DNA of 64,000 nucleotides from Chrysomallon squamiferum (Eukaryota; Animalia; Mollusca): positions 9,672,001 through 9,736,000 of the forward strand of contig CM022665.1 in assembly GCA_012295275.1 (NCBI GenBank), given 5' to 3'. Under the pieces are notes generated by a model. The model made no database searches. It worked only from the letters and a program-made list of their open reading frames with translations, and was not told where the DNA came from. Within the stretch, counting starts at the first letter, position 1. Each line of letters starts with the position of its first letter. The position numbers and the translations under genes were made by a program. Below, one piece after another: positions 14,284 to 26,500 of the stretch.

Positions 14284-14489
14284 GTTGTAAACAAATGTTT
14301 TACAGTTTGAAATGTATATAGCATATAGTATTTGAAATGTTATCAGTTGTAATGCAGCACATATTTTTTAATATAAAACAGAAATAAGGAAATAAAATTC
14401 TTTTAGAAACAAAAGCATTGTTTTTCTTCTCATTGTTCACCATTTTACATTGGGTGGTTCACCCACAAAAAAAAAAAAAAGTATTTCTC

Positions 14490-14660
14490 TTCTCAGTCCT
14501 ACTAGTTCAGTCTATTTAATGGGGTAGTATTTTCATTGTGTTCTAGTTCTTATATATATTGCTTCACAAATCTTTTTCTCAAATTTGTTACCGTTCTTTT
14601 TCTTAAACACAGAGAAAGACAGTTATATCTCTTATTTCCATAAGTAATGTTTTGAAGAAC
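14490..14660 (+). repeat. Dispersed direct repeat, copy 1 (partner at 16148-16330)
   Basis: Shared collinear blocks ctagttca, gggg.agtattttcatt, gttcta.ttctt, tcttaaaca.aga, cttatttc.ataa. Confidence 0.7.
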
Positions 14661-16147
14661 AGTCAGTTGTTACTTGGAAATGAAATCTTATCTTTGGGTA
14701 TAAAATCTAAATTTTTGGCTGTGATAATTTTCTAAAAGTATTTCTTTCACTAATTTAACATAGTTCCTGTCTAAAGAATTATTAAACTTCCATAGTTTTT
14801 GTCCTTTTTTAGTTGACTTAACTTTAAATTTAAAACTGTTATCGTGATAAATAAAATATGATAATACTATGACGTGAAGAGACAGTGAACAGATGTAGAC
14901 AGATGAGATAAACTAAAATAGAAGGATTGCTAAAAAAAAAAAAAAAAAAAGCAAAAGAAATATCTTTTAATATTTTCTTTCTTTTTTAATTTAAATCTGA
15001 GAAAAATGAATGAGCCATGGCTTCCATTGATTCTTGAATTTTCCATAATTGCAATGTTTATAAATTATAAAAGATATATTTTTCTATTTAATTTAATTTT
15101 ATGATGTTTAATATGAACTTTGATCTTTCTTTCTTTAAAAAAAAAAAAAAAAAAAAATTAAAACAAATTACAAAATTGATTTTCATACAATAAATGTATT
15201 TTACATTAATGGTTATCCAGTTTACAAAGTTATTCTTTTCATCGTCTGTTGTACCAAAGATAACAATTTTACTAAATAGATACAAATTCCTTTTTAAGAT
15301 CGATGTATGTATTTTATCCCATAAATGATAAATAATACTACATTATAAAAAAAAAAAAATGTTGCATTGTTTCAGAGGTATTATCACAAACACATCAAGT
15401 GTTGCTGTTAATTAAATGAATTATATGTAAAAATGTATTAGTAGTTAGAATTCCATGAACAGTTCTATATTGAAACCAACAGTTAACTGAGTTTTTTTTT
15501 TATACATTTGAATGGTATAAGATATATAATACTGCTCCAATTGTTTAGTGTCATAAACAAATCCATGATTTGCATACGTTTGCAATAATAATTGAGAATT
15601 TAATGGCTTATATACATGTTTCCAACAGCTTTTATTTTTGTGTAAAATATTCAGTTTAAAAGAAAAAAACAGGGTACTGAGGACTTGTAAATTTTCATTT
15701 AAATCATCTAAATTATATGTAATTATTTTTAACAGCTTTTGTTAATGAAACACATTAAGGAAAATTTAAAGTTATAAGTTCTTCATATGTTAAAAAGTTT
15801 CCATGTTCATTTAGTAAGTAATTTGTAAGACCTGTATCATTACTGAAATAATGTTTTTATAAAAATGGTTTATTAGCTGTATATATTCTGCTTTTAAAAA
15901 AAACAATTATGCTTAAAATGCGATTTTATATTTTGTGGTTTTTGTTTTTCTTGTAATTTTAAGGCTGTCATAAAACTGAAAATGTTTGTTATTTTAATAC
16001 TCCCATATCTGAAATCTTCCATTATTAAAGTGCGTTGTAACTTTTGGGGTTTATTATACCAATTGAATTTAAAATAATTAAAAAAAAGGAATTTACATGT
16101 GGTTTCACTTGGATTTGGAAACACTAAAAATAATTGGACTTTAGGTT

Positions 16148-16330
16148 TTCTCACTTCTGCTAGTTCACAATTTTTTATTCTCTCCACCTTCTGGGGGCAG
16201 TATTTTCATTTGTTCTAATTCTTTAAACACTTAATTCGTTTTTCCAATTTATTTACCTTTCTTCTTAAACAGAGAGGAGGATACAGAAATGACTTATTTC
16301 TATAAATAAAATAATGTTTATAAAAACATA
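16148..16330 (+). repeat. Dispersed direct repeat, copy 2 (partner at 14490-14660)
   Basis: Same collinear blocks as copy 1. Confidence 0.7.
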
Positions 16331-17160
16331 GGCCTATATATATATTATGGATTTTTATGTATTGTAGATTTAGAAACATTGGGTAAATATTTTGAATTTC
16401 AACTTTTTCCCCAAGGAAAGAAAACTGCAAAAGGAAGATGTTTAATTTGAAACAAATAGTTTGTTGACCAAATATATATACAAAAAGATGAAAATAAGAA
16501 GATACTTCTTTAGGGAAGTACTGAAGTAAAAAGAAATTGTAATAAAAAACAATAAACTAGTTGGTCAAAGGTCCCGCTTTCCCTTCCCCTGACCAAATGC
16601 ATTTATAATGTATAAAATAAAAATACCTACAATAAATAAATAAAAATACACAGACATTTTGCATTTCAAATTACCTGTTCGCTTTGATGATCATATAATT
16701 TAGATTCTTAATAATATGTTAATTTTAATATTGTATTTACAGAAATTGTAATGTACTTTTTAAACAAGAATTTGTGATAATGTTATATACTGTAAATAAG
16801 GGTAATAATTATAGTGTAAGTTAAACAGGTAATACGATATTTTGTTTACACTTCTGGAGTGTTCATAACAAAATGAAATATAAAAGATATGCACAACATC
16901 AATGTTTATTGAGTCAAGTAAATCGGAGTTCATTGTGATAAATTTCGAAGTTTTACAAGACATGAATGTGTTAGAAAAGTACAAGTAATGTTATTTAAGA
17001 AATAACTCTTGGTACAAATTTTCACTTTAAAAATTGTTTATTCCTTCAGTGATACTTAAATTAGTACTATAATTAATATATAGATAATTATTAATTTTAT
17101 AGTTAAAAAGAGGGGGGAAAAATCAGGAAAGCTTGAGTCTGAAGAGCGAATAATTCTAAT

Positions 17161-17264
17161 AAGAAAATTACTATATACTTCCGGCTTGAGCAAAAAGCAC
17201 ATGGGGACTGTCAAATGTAAAATGTAAACATACTGTTTTCAAGATGGACAACAACAAAACATGA
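17161..17264 (+). promoter_or_regulatory. ERMARD proximal promoter / 5' UTR
   Basis: ETS-type ACTTCCGG at 17177-17184, YY1-like CAAGATGG near 17240, and local reappearance of CpG between two CpG-poor gene bodies. Confidence 0.5.
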
Positions 17265-17454
17265 ATGACAACGACTAATTTATTTATGACAGATTATTTG
17301 TCATTACCTGTGCCAACCTCGGCGTTATCGTCAGGTGTTAAAAAGCTTATTTATGTACATGATGATCCGAACTCTCCGCTTGAAAATGTGAAAGATCTTT
17401 TTACGTCGAACAGAATTATAAACTTCGGATATCTTGAACAAATACTTCCATCAT
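17265..17454 (+). CDS. ERMARD: ERMARD exon 1
   Basis: ORF 17265; donor cat|gttagt, phase 1. Confidence 0.75.
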
Positions 17455-17510
17455 GTTAGTGGCGTTCACGGTTGGATAATTAGCTTTATCTATTCTAATT
17501 AAGCTTTGTA

Positions 17511-17546
<36 letters not shown>

Positions 17547-18330
17547 GAAAGCAAAAGTTTTATTAACATCTTTTAAAACTACATTTATATGTACACTGAC
17601 ACAATTTGAGATTGGGATTTGGAATATATAAATGTATAAAAGACCCATTTTTAATTTTTTTAAATCAAAATGTCTCTTATAATTTCATGTATTACATAAA
17701 TATTTCTTCTTGTTCTTCAGATGATGATGATGATGATTATTATTAATTATGTATAATTACAGCTTTAGATCAGACTGCAGAATATTTTCAAAAAGCAACT
17801 CAAGTTCTTTCACCAGTATGTAAATATTGTGAAGAACATCTGAGTTTGTGCACACCAGATTTTTTTAACACTCAGTATTCTCACTTCCTTCAGTGGACTG
17901 GAAATGAAAAGGTAATTATTTAAACTGAAAGGGGGGAAAAAAAATATAAAATAAAAATAAATAAATAAATAAACACATACACACACATAACCTTTACAAG
18001 TAACAACAATACGGTCTGGCTAACCACTTTTATCTTCCTCTGTGGCAATCTTCCATGACAGGTTTTATAAATTTAGTCACATCTCAGATTTATTTATTTA
18101 TTTACTTATTTTATTTTTTCTGATTTTTACTGCTAAAGATGATCACTAGACATAAATAAAAAAATTATTTTTAAGAAGTTGACTTTAAACTGAATACTGG
18201 TAGTAAATATCCAGTTATAATTCATATAAAAATATTCTATAACAGAAGATATATCAAGACCAGATTTTCTTAAGATAAAAAATAACTAGAAATAAAAAAA
18301 AAAAAAAAAAAAAAAAGAACAAAAGAATAA

Positions 18331-18365
<35 letters not shown>

Positions 18366-21300
18366 AATCCCCCAAATAACCATTAATATAATTTATACAG
18401 AATCCACTTACACACATAATAATGTTGGGTGTATAATTATTTTTTTTTATTATTTTTATTTCAGTTATTTATTGATTGTTTCAATCTTCTAGTCAATAAA
18501 TCACAATCTGATGATGTACTTGTGTTACTTCTAGTTACTAGTGGACTGGAGAGAGCACTAGGAGATGTGAGATTTTATCTTCAGTTCTTGTTCAGTGTTT
18601 CTCTGTACTAACACTTAATAAAAAAGTTTTTGTTATTACATATACAGCAATACAAAATGTTTATAAACACTGCAGTATATTTAATATAAATTGTTGTTAG
18701 GGATTAGTAACTAGTATTACATAGAGCAATAATGTAAGAGTGGAAACATGCTACCATCATATACATAACAAGCATGGTTGAACAATTTTCTAGTAAAGTG
18801 TGTATGTGTGTACTAAATTATCAGTAGTAAATTTAACCATAAATTAAATTAATTATTTTAAACCATATTAGAATCCAATTTCTTAAATTCATATTTATAA
18901 AACCCATTAATTCTGTTCACCTGTGCCATCTCTTTCAGGTTTTTCTAATTAAAGGGCAGCAATGTCCTTCCATGTTGAAAGATTTACTAGTTACATCAGA
19001 ACTTAATGATATCTTTGGTCCAGTTGTAGTGAGTGATTTTCATTCTTTTTTTCTTTCTTATTTTCTTTCTTTCTCTTTTTTTTAAATATTTTTATTTTAT
19101 TTTTTATTAATAAGATAGTGCTAAAAATAAACTGTAAATTGAAAAAAATCATGATTCATATTTGGAAACATGTTCATTTGAATGCCGAATTTTAAAAATA
19201 TTAATTATTTTATATTAAATATTCATTAATTATTTTTAAATAATACCAAGAAAATTCTTTTTATTTTTATTTTTCTATTTTTAAATTTTTTTTTATTTTA
19301 GACAGCTTATCAAATTTTATAATTTCAGGCTGTACCTTTTTATGTAAATTAAGTTTCAGAAAGATCATAAAATAACTTTTTAATTTTAAACAATTTTGAT
19401 TTGATTTTGATTTTGATTGATTGATTTATTTCTTTAAATGTCTTTTTCTAGCAGCAGGATAATTTTTGAAATTCCTTAATACAGAATCAATTGCAGTAGT
19501 ATTTATAATAATAGTTTTGTTATTTATTTTTATTTTGTTCAGATTCAGACATTAAGAATTCTGATTGGTCCTCCAGTATCATTGAATTTACGTAATTTGG
19601 TTTGGCATGGTTTTCCTAAACCTGAGGAAATTCCACAGAGGTTAAGACAATAATTGTTTCACTATTATTATTATTATTATTTTTATATGTTCTCAAATAT
19701 TTTCTTAAAATTACTTTAATAATATAATTATATTTGTTTTGAAATTTGAGATTATAATGAAGTTTCATCAGTTAACACATCTTTGATAAAAAAAATCACA
19801 TCTAAAATTAAATGGAGTTATAGGCAAATAACTAAACCATCTCATTATTTTAACTGATATTTGACTTGGAATCCTAATACTATTGTTAGAAATGAAAATT
19901 ATTTACTGTCTTGTTATACATTTGGTTAGTATGTTAGTAGATTAATTTAAAAAATATATTTAATACTAAAATTATAAACATATTATTTGTTATTATTTTT
20001 TTCTCATACAGAATAAATAATTTTTATAAAGTTTTAAAACATTTGTATTGCAGGTATGCATGGTTTCTTCTGCTGCTTGTACCTAGCCTGGGAGAAATTT
20101 TACATCACCAAGCCATTGATGCAACAAGTATAAAACACAGACCACCTGTTTCCTTTTATCAGACTGAGAAGCTACAGGAGAAATTTCCTTGTAAATGATA
20201 TAAACATTAGCTATTCTGTGTGACAAATCTGAAATGACTTTTATCATGGTTTTTATTATTTTAGATTAAGTGGATGTAGAGAAATACAAATAATGAATTA
20301 TAGTAATTTTTAAACATGTTTTTGTAACATCTTTATGTAAATATATGTAGAACTATAATAGATATTTTCTTTCACTTTCTTGCAATACATTTTTATTTAT
20401 CTTTTATTTTTTTAAACTGTCAATTATAATATCTTGATTTCTCTTGATACACTTCTCTATTTAATTTACAAAAAATATTTTGGTTTTGATTTTTGTTAAC
20501 ATACCTTCTCTTTGAAATGAAATGTCACCTTTTCTTTTGTAAATTTTTTTTTTTAATGATATTTATTTCATTGTAATTTGCAACCATAGTTATTTTATTA
20601 TATATTATTATAGCAAAATGCATAATTTGGTATTATGTGTTTATTTTACATTTGACTTGTGATCAGTATTTTTCTGTACAAAGCCATTATTTTGTAAACA
20701 CAGAACAGATCTGTAACATTTATTAAAACAATAACAACTACAACAGAAAACTAAACAAAAAACCATCCATACTCCACCTTCCCAACAACAACAATGAGAG
20801 TAAAACCAGAGGTTATTTTTAGACTAGATATTATTTAAAATTATTTACTGTGATCTTTTTCAAAACCATAAACACTAGCTAAAATATGTTATCCTAAAGG
20901 AATAATAATAATAATAATAAAAAGAAATAAAATTGCAAATTTATGCAATTTCTTTTGTTTTATACATTTGTAAATAAGTTTATAATGTTGAAATGTTTGC
21001 AGTTAAGAAGAACTGATCTTACAAATTCAGACTGAGGTTAATCTACTGTTTTGTTCTTTTTTCAGCTTTTACATCATATTTGTCAGAAATTGGTGACATT
21101 TTCTGTCAGTCTGAATTTATACAAGGTGATTTTCTTCCTCTCTGGAAAAAGATTTTAGAACTTTACAAAAATGAGAGGTAAATATTTAAGTATATATTAT
21201 TTAAATTTTTTTTTTTTTCTTAAATCCATTAATAAATAAAAATTATATTGTGTTTTAGTAACAGAAATAAAGATGATTTAAATTAATTTAAAATAATTTT

Positions 21301-23558
21301 TTGTTTGTTTCTTGTTTAGTTTTGGTTTATGTTTGGTGTTGATGCTACCTCAGTTAGAACATGCTCTGCGTCGAGTGTTTGCTGCTGTCAACAATTGCCC
21401 TGAACGAATTCTCACAGCAGAAGTACTTTAAATTTTAATATGTCACTTACTATTGTTATTATTTCAGTTATTAAAACATATTTATATCTACAATATTTGT
21501 TATATATGCTTTTCACTAAAAATCTTTCCTAATAACAAAGTATCATAACAAAATAACTAATCCTGAGGCATTTTCTTTTTCTTATGATATTTTTGTTACA
21601 CTCTTGTATTGTTATTAATGCACAGACATGTTTAAAAATTAATTAGAAGTTTTTGTATTATTGCATTATTTTTTCTTTAAAAATTACTTAATAACAGAAA
21701 TTAAAAACATGTTTAAAGAAGAAAAATAATGTCATTTCAAATAATTAACACATTGTTTTTACTTTAAATACATGGTGTAATACCTTTATTAGATTAGATA
21801 ATAGATAAACCACATTTATGCAATATGTGTTTTTTGAGTTAAAATAGTTTTCACAAATAAGCATTATCTTTTTTATAATAAGATTTTAAAATTATTTTTA
21901 TTTTTTTATTTTATAGTCTGCTGCATTGTACACTACTTTTGATGAGGTAAGTAAGAGCTGTTTATAAATTTAAATTAAGACTTAAAAATCTTTCTAACAT
22001 CTTTTGCTATGTAATCGGATATCAAGGCTGAATATAGCCATGTTTTGATAACTGTATTTATAGATAAATTTATTATATTGAAGTTTTAATAAATTTAAGA
22101 TAGGCATATTTTATATTATATTTTTATTATTATTATTGTATATGTGTTTTTAAATTTTTTAAGTGATTTCATTTATTTATTTGTTTTTTAGATTTTGGAT
22201 AAATATTTACCATCTGGTGAAGAAAATGAAATAGTTCCATTAATTGGAGAGTCATGTATGGTATGTCAGTAATTCTGTTTTATTATTTATTTTAATAGAA
22301 AAACTAAATAAATGTAAATAAATATCTTTTTCATTATTAAGATTTTATTTTATTTATTAAATCATTTTTAATGATTATATAATAATGGTAAAAAAAAAAA
22401 AAATGATAATATTAACAGCAACCATTTTTTAATAATAATAATAATAATGTAAGTAACTTTATTCTCTCCTAAACATAACATTTAAATATAATTTAAAAAA
22501 AATCCAATTTAGATAATTATTAAACAAATACCCATTAATTTTCTGCATTAATTAAGCTATCTTATTATGGAAAGATTGTAATATTTCAAAGTGTTTTCAG
22601 AAAACAAGTAAAAAGTTTATTACTTTAATGATTCCTAAAAAATCAGACTCAGGCAGATAAAGGGTTTATTCATCATTAATATTATACAAAGTACACTGAA
22701 TTAAATTATTACACTAAAAAAAATCAAATGAGCCAGAATAAATTTTGCAAGATCTAATTTGAATATGATTTACATTATTTTTTCTTAATAAGATTATCAA
22801 TAAAAGATGAAAAAAAAAAAAAAAAGAAAAGGAAAAAAAGTATTTTAAAAACATTCTGTTACTTGAATATTGAAATATATTTTTTTTAATTTCTGTATTT
22901 TCCTGGATTTACTCTTTGATTATTTAATTTTTGAATTTTCCAGGATTTACTCTTTGATCTTCTAGTTTATCCTGAAGGTCCACGTATCAGAGACAGACTC
23001 AGTCATGGTGAAGTTCTGTTAAACAACGTTTCTGTATCATTGGTCAATCCATTTGTATGTCTGTCTGTTTCTCTCTGTCAGAAATTCATCAAAGATGATT
23101 TTAAGGTAAGTTATTATATTTTTTAAATATGAATTGCAATAAAAATTATAAACAAACTATTTGATTAGATATTAATTCTTATTAATTTTTATAATTTATC
23201 AATGCTAAGGTGTTGTTATTTTTTATATATAAATATATATATTATTTCTTGTCAGATTTATTTTTCTGAATGTCTGCATTGTGAAAATTCTTTTTTTTAT
23301 TAAAAAGTTTATACATCCTAGTTTGTTGTTCATTTTTGTAATTAAAAAAAATTATAACAAAAGATTGTAATGTTAAAACACTGAAGTTTAATTTTAGTTC
23401 TTCAGGGGAAGCAACTCTTATTACTCTAACAACTGACAGCCATTTCTTTTTCTCTATTATTTGTAAATCATTCGATTTTATTGTCTTTCTCAGAAATAAA
23501 GAATTTTCAGAAAGTTAATATATTTTTTTTTATGCTAAAATTTGCTTGTCTGTAACTG

Positions 23559-23592
<34 letters not shown>

Positions 23593-26500
23593 GTACATAT
23601 GTATGTATGTGTGTGTGTGTGTTGATGCAGACATTGCTAAGTTGTATATTTGTGTGAATTGATCTAATTTTAATTTTACATTTTTGCATACATTTGCTTT
23701 ATTATACATATATACATAGTTTTAAATTTTTTCTTTTATTAATATTTATATTAATTTTGTTATGTGTAATTTGTTGTAGAGTTCTGTTATAGATGTTGCA
23801 GTGTCATTGATTGAAGAATATCATTCTCTTTTCCATCCAGTAGCTTTGTTGAAAACACAGGTAATTTTATATTTGTTAATTAAAGTGTTTGTTTTCAATG
23901 TCTAACAATATCATTTTAATTATTATATATTAAGGAACTAAAAACATGAGGAATAAATACTAAATTAATTTTAAATTTTAAACAAAAATTAATTCAGCTA
24001 TTTTCCATTTTAGTTATTTTAGTGTTTATAAATAATATATATATATATATATTTATATTTTTTTATTATTTTTTTTATATTATTAAATGAATATTTATCT
24101 CACAATTAACAGGTTTTGAACCACTTATTTTAAAAACAGTTTTAAAATTTATTTATTTTGTTTAATTACATTTTTTAATGTTTTTATTTATTTTTATTTT
24201 ACTTATATTTTCAGGTGTTGAAATTACTGGAATATTCAGCTGTTTCAAGTCCTTGGATTGCTAATACTCCACAGCTAAAGACAGAATGGTAAACTTTTTT
24301 TCTATTTTTTGAGACTGAAATTCTTACTTTCTTTTTTTTTTTTTTTTTTTTTATTCTAAAACTGATTGTTCAGCAGATATTTATTAATTCGTTCCTGTTT
24401 GTATCCTTTTCAACAAAGATACAGATATTCTTTGAGGTTTACAAATGCAACACGCACACATATGTTGAAATTTGTATTTTTATATTACAGTCATGACATT
24501 TCCTTTCTTATTTTCAATTTTTTTCATTACATTAATTTATTTATTTATTTATTTATTTATTTTTTTAATTTCCAGGATATCTCAAGCTGACTGTGATAAA
24601 AAAATCGTTGAAGAAAATGAAATATGTGTTAAACTAAAAATCAGTGTTTTAAATGTTGTAAGAGAACTTGTCAAGCAGTTTGATTTTGGAGTTTCTTTTG
24701 TGGATTTAACAAATATGTAAGACAATTCATTAAAATTTTAGATTTAAGTCAAACAATTAAAATGTATGTGTTATTACCTATAGAGGAATGACCACATCCT
24801 GAATGGGAACCTGTCCACTAACAGAAATTGTTTTATGAGAAAGAAAATCTCATATATTCAACCTAAATTCTAAATTATTAAATATTAACAATGTTTGATT
24901 TGTGACAGCATTAATGTATATACAGATATTTAATTTCTTAAATGTTAATAAACAAATTTAGTAAATTTTGTTTTTGATACTATTATGTTCAGTAAGATGT
25001 AGATTCTATTATGAATATTTACCTAAAATTTCATTCCAAAACTGTACCCCACAAGTGTGACTTAAAAGCTCCATTTTAAATAAATTTCACTCTGTTATGG
25101 AGGTTATGACATCAGATATAGTTCTGTGATTGATATTTTACCTTTAAAGTGACATCCTTCTTAAATTCTACACTTGAATGATCATTACATTAACAAAATA
25201 TAATCTTTACCTAATATTACATATTATATTAATAGTTTAGGGGCAAGTAAAATATTTCAGAAAAAGGGGATACATCATCACTGCAAATTATGATCAACAT
25301 TAAAATAGTTTCATTACACAAAATATTTAAAAAAGAAACAAATTACTATGCACTCTGTAGATCAGAGTATTGACTTTGTAATTTTAAGTAATTATTTTCA
25401 TTCCAGATTGTTGTCACCATTTGCTGGTGACATCAGTTTTATTACTAAGATACTAGATCAGAAAACATCAACTTTATTCAGAGGACAACAGGTTAGTAAG
25501 TAATTGTATATGTCTTAGAGACAAAATGTGTTTTAGACATTGTTTTAAAAAATTTTGCTGTTGAAATTAAATTTATAAAAATATCATGCTGATTTAAATA
25601 ACATTTGGAAATGTTAAATACTTAATAATCTACCTCACTGTCTGAATATTCAAATATTATATGTTTTTTATATGTTACAACTCTGAGGAATTAAACAAAA
25701 TTCAGAATATTCTTAAATAAAACAGAGTTTTGTATTCTTTTAACGAAGTGTTTTATATTATGGAAATGAAGAAAGGAAATATTTTATTTAATGAGACAAT
25801 CATCACATTTTACTTATGGTTTTAGAGCTCTGTTGTTAAAGAGCATGTAGATAATGAGAATAGAAACCCAATGTGTCCATTTCATTGGCTAAAACGTCCA
25901 GTTAGCAGTAAGGTTTTTTTAAATGTGCCATCTCACAGACAGCATAGTACATGCCATAGCCTTTATAGTACAGTGGCTGGAATGCTAATAGCTCAGTGTG
26001 TCCATTATGAGGGATTGATTTAACAGTCTGCCACTCTTCTTGAACAAATGAATAACATTGCTTCTTACATATGCTGTATTACAGCAACAGCTGTCAGATA
26101 AAATAATTCGAGAGTCTGAGATTGTCAATTTACTACAGCGTGTCACCACTGAGTGTCAGGAAACTATGTCACAGATAAACAACACCATCAACACACGACT
26201 ACAACAGCTACACAACAAACAGCTTCGTTCCAGGCAGCGAGAAAATTTACACAAATTAATTGAAAGGTGAATTTTTTTTTTTAATTTTTTTTTTTTAGGT
26301 TTATTAATTGTTGTCTACAATGGTTTTTCAAAAGTGATAATTTTAATAAATGTAAATATTTAACTCTGATGATTTTGAAAGTGAAAATAAATGTCTGAAT
26401 ATTGTAACTATAAGTTGCAGTAGTTAAAATAAAAATAAAATAACATTTTAGGATTTGTCTCTGGTGATTTTAAATAAGATTTTAAATATAAAAATGTGGT

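Noticed and set aside
17721-17762. Stronger-looking upstream acceptor (ttcttcag) for ERMARD exon 2
   Set aside because: It introduces an in-frame TAA after the (GAT)n run; the 17763 acceptor keeps the frame.
21003-21036. Possible extra microexon before ERMARD exon 7
   Set aside because: It has an in-frame TGA, and the following intron would be only about 29 nt.
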